Assembly (NCBI GenBank): GCA_046537845.1
Contig: JBKHKA010000003.1
Span: forward strand, 17,871 to 81,870
Direction: 5' to 3'
Length of the DNA: 64,000 nt
DNA from: Candidatus Aenigmatarchaeota archaeon
Lineage (GTDB): Archaea; Thermoplasmatota; Thermoplasmata; Halarchaeoplasmatales; Halarchaeoplasmataceae
In this document: positions 1 through 9,000 of the stretch, piece by piece
Position numbering within the stretch: the first letter of the stretch is position 1
How the letters are laid out: every line of letters starts with the position of its first letter
Translations under genes and position numbers: made by a program
Notes under the pieces: generated by a model
Database searches by the model: none
Told to the model about the DNA's origin: nothing
The model's input: the letters and a program-made list of their open reading frames with translations, nothing else

Positions 1-226
1 TATATCTCTCTCTCAACTCTTGAGTCCTATTTTCTCGATAGGAGTCTACTTCATCAGGGTCTCCTTGATATTCTTGTAGCTCTCCCCGAACTTGCTGCTG
101 GATCATGACTTCTAACTCTCGTTCCGCCATGGTACTGAAAGCAGCGGACAGTATGAAAACCACTATCACCAAAACCAGTATCATGTTGAATGTCCTTAGA
201 GCGAAATACTTCCAAGATGCAGGCAT
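1..226 (-). CDS. ABC peptide transporter permease (DppB/OppB-like), 5' part; runs off window edge
   Basis: Manual translation from ATG at 226: MPASWKYFALRTFNMILVLVIVVFILSAAFSTMAERELEVMIQQQVRGELQEYQGDPDEVDSYRENRTQELRERY. N-terminal TM helix typical of DppB; lies directly downstream of the solute-binding protein gene. Confidence 0.7.
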   Translation of the reverse strand, partial: MPASWKYFALRTFNMILVLVIVVFILSAAFSTMAERELEVMIQQQVRGELQEYQGDPDEVDSYRENRTQELRERY

Positions 227-350
227 ATTATCGTCTAGCTATTAGCTTAAAGGCGAATATAAAGTTTTTGATAGGGCTCAGGCAGTTGAACAAGATGAAA
301 ACGTTGGATAAGAAATGCTTTTTCAAAAATAGATGTTTAAAAATATAAGA

Positions 351-380
351 AAGATAAGGAAAGGGGTTTGGTTTTTTTGT
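351..380 (-). terminator. Putative terminator: AAAC-CCC plus pyrimidine tract downstream of the SBP gene
   Basis: Minus strand reads aaaaaaaccaaacccctttccttatctt; similar motifs follow three other minus-strand genes. Confidence 0.4.
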
Positions 381-392
381 AGCGAATTTGTC

Positions 393-3300
393 TTACCGTC
401 TTTTCTTGCTGTAGTAGATTGCCACGGCAACAACAGCGGCGAGTGCCAAGAGCGGCAGCGTGAATCCAGGGGTGCCGTCGCCGTCGTCTTCTTCTTCGAA
501 TACCGCCGTCACCGTTTTATCTTCGTCCATCGTGACCGTGATCTCTTCTTCTTCTCCGGAGGCGTCTCCTGTCCATTCTACGAATTCGTAGTCATCAGCT
601 GGCGACGCAGTGAGGGTCACTTCGGTACCTTCTTCGTACTCGTCTTGATCCGGATCTATCTGCACTTCGCCTTCTCCGTCGACGTCCACCGCCAGTGTGT
701 AATATTCCACTGCTTCCTGGAATACTGCTGTGATGTTCTTGTCTCCGTCCATCGTTATCGTGGTTTCAGCTTCTTCTGTGTCTTCTATCGTATCTACGTC
801 TCCTGTCCATTCTACGAATTCCCAGTCCTCGGCTGGTGACGCAGTGAGGGTCACTTCCGTGCCTTCTCCGTATGTATCCTCTTCAGGATCGACCTCGACG
901 TCGCCTTCTCCTTCCGTGTTGACATCCAACTCGAATAAGTCGAACACCGTTACCGTATCGGACAAGATGGCATTACCTTCTTCGTCATGGACTTCCACTT
1001 CAATCTCACCTGCTTCATCGAAGGTGTAGTCATACTCAAAGGTCACTTCACCTGTGCTTGTGATATCCTCAACGTGGACTTCTTCTCCGTCCACATAAAG
1101 GTGTGCAGTGGTCTCTTCTACCTGACTATCCACAGTGGCTGAGATAGTCCCATTGTCTCCAACTGTGACTTCCTCTGGAACGGTCAGTTCGACCGGTCTA
1201 AGGATGGCTGTTTCTACTACCTCTACCGGGGTCGTGAGTTCTCCAAACTTGACTTCGTAGCTTCCAACATCTTCGAAGGTATACTCCGCCGTCTCAAAAA
1301 TAGCCTCATCAGCGGAAACAGTGTAGGTCTCGATGACTTCATCGTCGACTAACAGCTCTATATCTCCTTCTGCGGTTCCGTAGTTCTCTGCAGACAGACC
1401 GATCGTAACGTTGAGCGGTGCTTCTCCGAATATCGGATCGACATCCAAGTTGACAGCTTCTATGTCTGGACCCAAGACGGTGATCTGTCCGAATTCCTCG
1501 ACATAACGATCTTCACCATCTCTCAGTTCTACGGTGTAGACCCCAGGTGTGTCAAAGGTGTGGTCGTAATCGATCTCTACTGTTTCACCAGCGGGGATCT
1601 CTTCGTCGTAGATCATCTCTTCGGCGCCGGTCTCCTGATCTATCAGGGTGATCTGTGCCGTGTCGTCTTCATCGCCTGTGTTCTCTACCTCAGCCCAGAT
1701 GTTGCCGTCACTGTCGACATCGACTTCTTCTGGTATCGTCCAATCGTTGGCGACCAATCCAACATCTGGATCGGCTATAACGACCGTGGTCGACATGGTC
1801 GTATACGTGGGATCCTCTATACCGCGGGCTTCGAGCTGCAATGTATAATGGCCTCCTCTATCTAGGTCTTCAGTAGGTATGCTCGCCATGAAATCAGTGA
1901 AGGTGTCTTGGGGATCGAGGTCTACATCATTTGCACCGACTTCGACTACGATTTCTCCGCCGAGTTCTGTTCGAAGTGTGAACCTGTAATCTTCCATGTT
2001 GTCTTCTGTTAGCGCCAGTTCTTCTGGTTCTGGATACAAGTTGGCTAAATGACCGCTGCCGTCAGCATCGAATTCTTCTCCTAAGTTCACAACATCGGGT
2101 GCATTTATCGAATCCAACCTCACTTCAGATATATCGAACTGTTCTGCCCAGTAACCGTATTCAAATGTCTGTCCTCCTGCTTCTTCGCCCTCGAATGGGT
2201 AACCGTAGTCGTCCCATCTTTGCAACTCCAGTTCATTGTCCGTTGTATATTCTTCTATGTAGAACGGTCCGCATCCAACGTATGAGTGGTCGTACTCATT
2301 GATGAAGTCTATGAGACTGTTCAGTTCGGTTTCGACTTCCGAAAAGTCCGCTGGTATCGGCGCATTGTTGGCTTCATCCAAATACGGTGGTAGGTATTCC
2401 TCACCGATTATCGTCTCTAAAATGGCAACCAAGTCTTCATTCTGCGCTGCAGATATCTGATGTATCCAGTTGTCAGCTCCAGGTTCGTAGTCATAGGATT
2501 CATCTATGCCCGCTGCGTCGTAAATATCTGTTTCACCGTGGAGGTGGTCCCATCCTTCATACGTCAAAGGATTCACTTCTGGGAATATCGAATAGTAATT
2601 TCCTACCTTGTCTTCAAGTGGGAACGTATAATCTCCGTACACGGTATAAGTGCCTTCTTCCGCGTTCCATTCTATCGCATGTATCGAATCCCACCAAGGA
2701 GCGTTCAGTTGCGAATGTGCCTCTAGATAGGGGTCTCCTGTCGGGTCACCTAGCTCTTTAGAGCGAGCATAACTAGCCATGAGATCCTGCAGGGAGAAAT
2801 CACTGCCGTCGTGCCAGACGTGATCTTCGTGAACGTCTATGGTGGCTTTTACCGCAGCTTTATCATCCTCTATGAGTCCCGCATCTATCAGTTCATCACG
2901 GTTATACCATTCTCTGGTCACGTTCTCGCCGTCTACGCTGGGAACGTAATCAACCGCAGTTTCGGGTATATCGATGTTCTCTATCAGTTCTCCTTCTTGA
3001 TACTCGTAATCCGTCTCGACGCTGCCGTTTCTGTCGTAAGGATCTGTTTCCCTTCCTTCGGTCCAATAGTTGTTCACTTCCATCGGCATTCCGTTCTGCG
3101 GGTTCATCCATGCACCGTATTCTCTAGCCATCCTTCTTGGATATTCGCCGTAAACATCGCTCGAACCGCCGTAAAGGTTCCAATTATCCATGAACGGTCG
3201 ATCTTCACCAGTAAGGACGGCAGAATCTAGATGACCATCGTCTGTCCTCATGGTCCTCGGACCGAAGTAGGTATCGTACCCGTTGATAGATTCAGGTACC

Positions 3301-4583
3301 GAACTGTGCATGGTATCTGGGTTGTACGGATAGAAAGCTTGCTGCGTCACTTGGAATATCCTGACAGATTCTTCAAGACCCATCTGGGTCGATCCTATCT
3401 TCATGTCCCAATATTCATCTTCGGTTTCCAACTTCCCTGTGAAAAGGTCCATCATCTGCTGGTCCATATCCGCGACCGTTTTACCTGCATGAGGATCTTC
3501 GATCCATTCGTCTCTTACTCTATCAGACGGGCCTATTTGCTGGTCGTAGCCTTCGTCGTCATACTGCCAGTGGTCTTCAGACCCATAGGTCTGCGTGAAC
3601 CCGTACCAAGGCGCGTACATCTGCGCGCAGGATGCTTCCTGGTAGTATACCGCGGTTGTCGATATCCATCCGCCAGTGTAGATATGGTAGTCCAAGTTGT
3701 CATAAGGTTCTGGACTTCCATAGAAAGCCATCGGTATCGCAGTCGCGGAATCGACCGGCTCTACCCAAGCGTCGAAGCCGAGATCGTCAAGGACACTTTC
3801 CATATGTCTTCCGAGCTCAAGTCTCCAGTCTTCGACTCTTGCGATTATCTTGACCTCGATCTGGTGTTCTTCGCCGTCTGGAGGATTGTAGTACCATCCA
3901 TCACCTATCGAACCGCTGACTTCTCCGAAAGCGACCTCGTCTTTCATCTCTTCCATCGCCTCTTCGACGATCGTTTCCATGAGGTTCCGATCGCCTTCCG
4001 ATGAGAGGCCGTAATTATCCTCTATCGGTTCGACGAATCTCTCTTGCCAGACTTCCAAGGATGTGGCCATAAAGCCATATCTCGGATCGGCGAAGCCGTC
4101 CTGGAGATCCTCTATCATCGATTCTCTGTTCATATACTGCAGGGCGAACCTGATATCATTGTGTGCAAAAGGATTGACCGTCCATCGCCCATTTTTGTCG
4201 TTAGCTAACCACTGTATATCACTGGGGTCGTCGATCCATCCTTCGGATACCGCATCTTCGACCGCTGTAGTTCCATTACCCTCGTGGGCTGGGTTCAACA
4301 ACGCATTGTTGTAGCTACCATAAACAGTCCACGTTTCTAACTGTTGACGCCATTCTTCTCGGGCACCCTGATAAACAGGGCCATCAACCGAGTGCATAAA
4401 CATGTCGTAGTCTCCGTCAGCTACAGCACCGATAGCCGATTCCTGATCTAATTCCACAGCTAGCTTTATTGAGCTTACTGGTTCACCTTCCTGTGCTTCA
4501 CTAGTTCCTGATCCTACTACTGCTAACGCACCGATCACAAGGACCGATACGATTAGCAGAGGTATTATTTTGTTCCATTTCAT
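393..4583 (-). CDS. Family 5 ABC (oligopeptide) solute-binding protein with Ig-like/CARDB and InlB B-repeat-like stalk domains and PGF-CTERM anchor
   Basis: Signal peptide; archaeal SBP5-like motifs (NPFAHNDIRFALQY, VWHDG, GCGPFYI); two repeats with WEFVEWTGD/YEFVEWTGD; C-terminal TPGF + TM + KKRR. Confidence 0.85.
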   Translation of the reverse strand: MKWNKIIPLLIVSVLVIGALAVVGSGTSEAQEGEPVSSIKLAVELDQESAIGAVADGDYDMFMHSVDGPVYQGAREEWRQQLETWTVYGSYNNALLNPAHEGNGTTAVEDAVSEGWIDDPSDIQWLANDKNGRWTVNPFAHNDIRFALQYMNRESMIEDLQDGFADPRYGFMATSLEVWQERFVEPIEDNYGLSSEGDRNLMETIVEEAMEEMKDEVAFGEVSGSIGDGWYYNPPDGEEHQIEVKIIARVEDWRLELGRHMESVLDDLGFDAWVEPVDSATAIPMAFYGSPEPYDNLDYHIYTGGWISTTAVYYQEASCAQMYAPWYGFTQTYGSEDHWQYDDEGYDQQIGPSDRVRDEWIEDPHAGKTVADMDQQMMDLFTGKLETEDEYWDMKIGSTQMGLEESVRIFQVTQQAFYPYNPDTMHSSVPESINGYDTYFGPRTMRTDDGHLDSAVLTGEDRPFMDNWNLYGGSSDVYGEYPRRMAREYGAWMNPQNGMPMEVNNYWTEGRETDPYDRNGSVETDYEYQEGELIENIDIPETAVDYVPSVDGENVTREWYNRDELIDAGLIEDDKAAVKATIDVHEDHVWHDGSDFSLQDLMASYARSKELGDPTGDPYLEAHSQLNAPWWDSIHAIEWNAEEGTYTVYGDYTFPLEDKVGNYYSIFPEVNPLTYEGWDHLHGETDIYDAAGIDESYDYEPGADNWIHQISAAQNEDLVAILETIIGEEYLPPYLDEANNAPIPADFSEVETELNSLIDFINEYDHSYVGCGPFYIEEYTTDNELELQRWDDYGYPFEGEEAGGQTFEYGYWAEQFDISEVRLDSINAPDVVNLGEEFDADGSGHLANLYPEPEELALTEDNMEDYRFTLRTELGGEIVVEVGANDVDLDPQDTFTDFMASIPTEDLDRGGHYTLQLEARGIEDPTYTTMSTTVVIADPDVGLVANDWTIPEEVDVDSDGNIWAEVENTGDEDDTAQITLIDQETGAEEMIYDEEIPAGETVEIDYDHTFDTPGVYTVELRDGEDRYVEEFGQITVLGPDIEAVNLDVDPIFGEAPLNVTIGLSAENYGTAEGDIELLVDDEVIETYTVSADEAIFETAEYTFEDVGSYEVKFGELTTPVEVVETAILRPVELTVPEEVTVGDNGTISATVDSQVEETTAHLYVDGEEVHVEDITSTGEVTFEYDYTFDEAGEIEVEVHDEEGNAILSDTVTVFDLFELDVNTEGEGDVEVDPEEDTYGEGTEVTLTASPAEDWEFVEWTGDVDTIEDTEEAETTITMDGDKNITAVFQEAVEYYTLAVDVDGEGEVQIDPDQDEYEEGTEVTLTASPADDYEFVEWTGDASGEEEEITVTMDEDKTVTAVFEEEDDGDGTPGFTLPLLALAAVVAVAIYYSKKRR
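502..824. repeat. 323-bp perfect dispersed repeat, copy 1 (copy 2 at 26758-27080), encoding B-repeat-like stalk domains
   Basis: Base-by-base comparison of 502-824 and 26758-27080 shows no mismatches. Confidence 0.95.
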
Positions 4584-4692
4584 TTTTTATTCTACCTCAC
4601 GGGTTATTACGGTATCAAGGTATTTATAATTTACTTATTTTTGGTCTTTTTTATTCAAAAAAGAAAAGATAATCTGGGTGTTTTTAATGTTT

Positions 4693-5976
4693 TCAAGCTG
4701 TATTTTTATCTCCTTTCCCTCTGGGTCTGAAAATGATCGCGAAGCTGAGCATGACAAATATTATCGGTAAGTGGGCTCTGTAGTTTAGTTCTGGTTCACC
4801 AACAGCATAAATGTCCTTATCGTATGACGCAAAATAAAGGGTCCCGTCATCGGCCAAAGCAGGGGATGAAAAAACTGTATCTCCTGTTTCTATCTTCCAT
4901 CTCTCCGTGCCGTCTGGACGAAGAGAATAGGTGTGATTATCGAAGGAACCAAAATATATCATCCCATCGGGTCCAACAGCCGGAGAAGACGCTATATTTC
5001 CATCGGTCTGAAAACGCCACTTCCTCCTCCCATTAGGTCTGACGGCATAGAAGCGGCCGTCCCTCGAACCCACATATATGGTGCCGTCTTCACCGATAGC
5101 GGGAGACGAGTATATCTCGCCGTTTGTGGTGAAGTTCCATCTCTGGGTACCATCGGGATTCAACGCATACAATTTTTTGTTGTAGGATCCAAAGTAGATA
5201 TATCCTTCTTCAGATAGAGCCGGAGAAGATAGAACTTGTCCACCTGCATCTGGTATGGTAAAATTCCACAGATTTTTTCCCTCTGTATCTAGGGCAACGA
5301 GTTCACCGAAGTTGATCCCCCCTATATCAGCATAGAACCCAAAATAGATGTTGCCTTCTCCGTCGACAGCCGGTGTGGATATTATCGATCCGGGGATCTC
5401 ATGAGAATAGTTCCACTCTATCTCACCGTCAGGCCGGATAGAATAAAGTTGGGAAGAAGCTACCAGCACCGTGCCGTCTTCCCTGATGACCGGTGATGAG
5501 AATATCGCGTTCTCAAATGGCTCTTCGAGCATCCATTTTTCAGAGCCGTCGGGATTCAAGGAATAAAACCGGCCGTCGGCCGTGCCGAAATATACTGTGC
5601 CGTCATCATCTATCGCCGGAACAGAAGATATGACAGAGGAGGTCTCAAATCTCCATCTCAGAGAACCAGTAGGAGTCACTGCGTAAAGATTTCCATCTTT
5701 CGAACCTATATAGACCGTACCGTCGGGGCCGATAGACGGAGATGAATCGATCTCGTCATCGGTCTCTAGAGTCCACTTCACATCTCCTGTAGCCTCTTGT
5801 TCTGCATCTTCGTTCCTACCCGTATTGGAGAGATCTCTCCTGTACATAGGCCACCCTGAGTGCGCGGCCCTAGCACCTGCACTAGGGATCAGAAAAGGCG
5901 AGATAGTAGATGCTAAGAGTAAAATCAAAAGTACGAGCGATAACTCGAGCCGTAGGATCTTTCTATTTTGAAACAT
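4693..5976 (-). CDS. PQQ-like beta-propeller repeat surface protein, membrane anchored
   Basis: Signal peptide, WPMYRRD motif, about 8 repeats of SSPAxxxDGTxYxGSxDxxxYAxxPDGxxxW, C-terminal TM helix. Confidence 0.9.
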   Translation of the reverse strand: MFQNRKILRLELSLVLLILLLASTISPFLIPSAGARAAHSGWPMYRRDLSNTGRNEDAEQEATGDVKWTLETDDEIDSSPSIGPDGTVYIGSKDGNLYAVTPTGSLRWRFETSSVISSVPAIDDDGTVYFGTADGRFYSLNPDGSEKWMLEEPFENAIFSSPVIREDGTVLVASSQLYSIRPDGEIEWNYSHEIPGSIISTPAVDGEGNIYFGFYADIGGINFGELVALDTEGKNLWNFTIPDAGGQVLSSPALSEEGYIYFGSYNKKLYALNPDGTQRWNFTTNGEIYSSPAIGEDGTIYVGSRDGRFYAVRPNGRRKWRFQTDGNIASSPAVGPDGMIYFGSFDNHTYSLRPDGTERWKIETGDTVFSSPALADDGTLYFASYDKDIYAVGEPELNYRAHLPIIFVMLSFAIIFRPRGKGDKNTA

Positions 5977-6020
5977 CGAGCCTTAAAAATACGGTCCGAT
6001 ATTTATACTTTGGTCATCGA

Positions 6021-6058
6021 GGAAATAAAAAAGATAATTGAAAGGGAAAGGGTTTTTT
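6021..6058 (-). terminator. Putative terminator downstream of the subtilase
   Basis: Minus strand aaaaaaccctttccctttcaattatcttttttatttcc. Confidence 0.4.
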
Positions 6059-6090
6059 GATCTTTGTAGGTCAGTATCGTATCTCTGGTT

Positions 6091-9000
6091 CTACAGTTCT
6101 TCTTCTTCGGATTCTTCCTCGAACAGCTCTTCTTCCTCAGATTCCTCCTCAAAGAGCTCCTCTTCTTCGGATTCTTCCTCGAACAGCTCTTCTTCCTCGG
6201 ACTCCTCTTCAAAAAGGTCCTCTTCTTCGGATTCTTCTCCGAAGATATCTTCTTCCTCGGACTCCTCTTCAAAAAGGTCCTCTTCTTCCGGTTCCTCTGT
6301 CTCTTCGAAGACCTCTTCTTCTGGTTCCTCTTCTGCCGGCTTGCCGCCTTTACTCATCGCAACCGCGGCGGCGATCAACGCGAGTATCGCCAGGATCAAG
6401 CCGATTATACCGAGGTTTCTAGCCATCCCTATGTCTTCATCTTGCTCTTCCTGATCATCTTCGACAGAGTTGATGTCTCTCTCTAAGCTGTTGACATCGC
6501 TTTCCATCGTCGATATGTCGCTCTCTAGGTTATCTATCTGCTCTTCGTAGGCTTCTATCTGCTCTTCTAGTTCATCTATCTTGTCCTCAAGGTCTTCTTT
6601 TACCTCTTCTAGGTCAATCTCCATCTGCTCTTCTAGTTCATCTATCCTATCCTCTAGTTCACTCTTCGCCGTTTGTAGTTCATACCGTAACTCATCCAGT
6701 TCTCCTTGGAGAGTCTCGACCTCGAATTCCAATTGCTTTAGCGAGATGTCTAGATCTCTTACCGTTCCCTGCAGCTCATCGACATCGCCTTCTAAGTCTT
6801 CCATCGTACTTTCGATGTAGTCTATCTGTGTCTCTAAGCGGTCTTCAACTCTGTTGAGTTCGTCCGAAAGGCCCATTATTTCTTGCTCAAGTTCCCACGT
6901 CTCGTTCTCTAGACCATAAATGGAATCCCATATCTCTCCTATCTCTGGCAGATAAAGGACAGAGACGACCTCTTTCGCTATGTTCCCTGCTTCGTCTTCC
7001 GCAACCACAGTGAACTCGTTATATCCTTCTGTATCTAGGATACGGGTTACACTGAATTCTCCAGTAGTTTGGTTGATTTGTTCCGTTATATCCGTCCGGT
7101 CGATGTATACCGTTTCCGCATCATCTATGTCTACAACACCTTCGATGACGATCTCTTCGCTCTGTGTGAACTCTGTGACTCCACCGTCGGGTTTGGTGAT
7201 CTCAAGTGTTGGAGCCATATTGTCTACTTCGAAAGTCACGTCTTCCCAGAGGTAAGTATTCCCGTCTTCATCTTCCACGGATACATCGTAGGTATGTGAA
7301 GTCGTGGACAGCACGAATGGGATGTCGAAGTTCACTTCTTGACTTCCTATGTCTTCTTTTTGAGCTTCGTAGAAATCGTCTAGGGTGATCTCCGCGGAGG
7401 TTAGGTTGGCAAAGGGCTCATATGTCTCGGCAGTGATATTTACTAAGTCTCCCTGTATCACATCACCATAATCAGGAGATATACTTACAGGTACTTGTCT
7501 GACTTCGCCTTCGAACTCCTGGAACGGCTCATGACCTGAGATCCGGTGGCTCTGTACAGCTACCATGTAGGTCCCAGATGTGAGACGTTCTTGGCTTCTG
7601 AGATTTAGAGAATCACCTTCGTGATACTCTACTAAAGGTTCCATCGTTTCCAGCGTGTTGAAACCGTACCTGTGCATGTAATTCCAAGAAGGATCAACGA
7701 GCTGATCTTCGACACTGAAAGGATCTTTACCGTAACCGGATATTCCCTCCTCTTCTAACAGGTCCGCTACTTCCAGTGTATCCCTGGTTGCTCCGCCCAA
7801 CAGGTAGGCTGACATGTCACTGTCTTCATCGTCCCAATCTAAGTTCACTTCTACTCTTCTTTGCGTCTTCTTCTCCAAGTGGAACGTGTAGAATCTCCAG
7901 TCGCCGGTAAGACCTCCTGCCCAGCTTCCGTACAGCCTGTCGTTCTTGTAGATACCCATATCTTCCGCTGCACTTCCGTCTCCTGCGCCGAATTTCATCG
8001 GCTCGGAAAGATCGGTGGATTTTCCTACTGTGATGGTTATCGGAACTGTTTGTGTCCTTCCGTTGGTCACGTCGTCGATCATCAGTTTACCGCCGTGGAT
8101 CCCTTTCGGAGCCTCTTCAGGCACTTCAGCAGTTACGTTATACTCTAATGTTTCTCCATCTCCAACAGTACCTGTGGGCTCTTCGATCTCTATCCAGTCC
8201 CATTCTACCTGGTTGTACTGTTCGATGTTCAGCGTGAATTCGAAGGGTTCTTCCAAACCTGGATCGAACTCCATGCTAGTCATATTAAGGTGCTGATTGT
8301 TCATCTGTACAACGATCCCGTCTTCTGCTCTTTCTAGTGCATCATGTATGGAGAAGTAATCACTAGTATGTGCTTCGTATCCGTAGAGCTCATCAGCTCG
8401 GCTATGAGCTGACGTCGATCCTATCCTGTTCCTCTCATCGAACCCATCGAAGGCGCCGTTTCCGTCGACGTCTTCCCAGTTGTAGAATTCCGTGAGGCTG
8501 TAATCTAACATACCTTGATTCTCGTATGGTGTATGCGTGCCTAATCTGAGCAGATCGGCGTTGGGCGCATCCAACTCCGCTATTGGGTCGCTGCTGATGT
8601 TCCATTGATCGTCGGTCTCATTATAAGACAATTCATAAACTCCCGTCTCGTTGATCATCACTAAAGGAACTCTTCCTGATTCATTCTCGTCATCAGGATA
8701 TGGTCCCATCGATCCGCTGTTAAGCTCGAGTTCTGTAGAGCCAACTTGTTCTTCCACCATAGCTGACATCTCGTAATCTCTATCTTCGGTTTGGTTCCAA
8801 TTGTGCAGCGTCAATTCATCGGTCGTGTTCTCACCGGGCTCCAACATGTTCACATGATGTTCGACATGGGCACCCATCTCGTGGTTCATGCCTGGTCTCC
8901 ACTCGGATTCTTCGGAATAAAGACCTTCACCTTGAGCTATCTCCACCGCTGCAAGGGCATCAGCATCGCCAGGTCCCTGCAGGTGCGGACTGTTGTTGAT

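Noticed and set aside
502-824. Duplicated cassette as a diversity-generating retroelement TR/VR pair
   Set aside because: The copies have no adenine-specific mismatches, both are coding, and no reverse transcriptase is in the window.
333-839. Plus-strand ORFs 333-839 and 26901-27104 sharing identical peptide
   Set aside because: Antisense shadows of the 323-bp duplicated cassette.
6003-6454. Alternative-frame ORFs (Ser-rich, Lys/Arg-rich) over the subtilase tail
   Set aside because: These are shadow frames of the Glu-rich tandem repeat.
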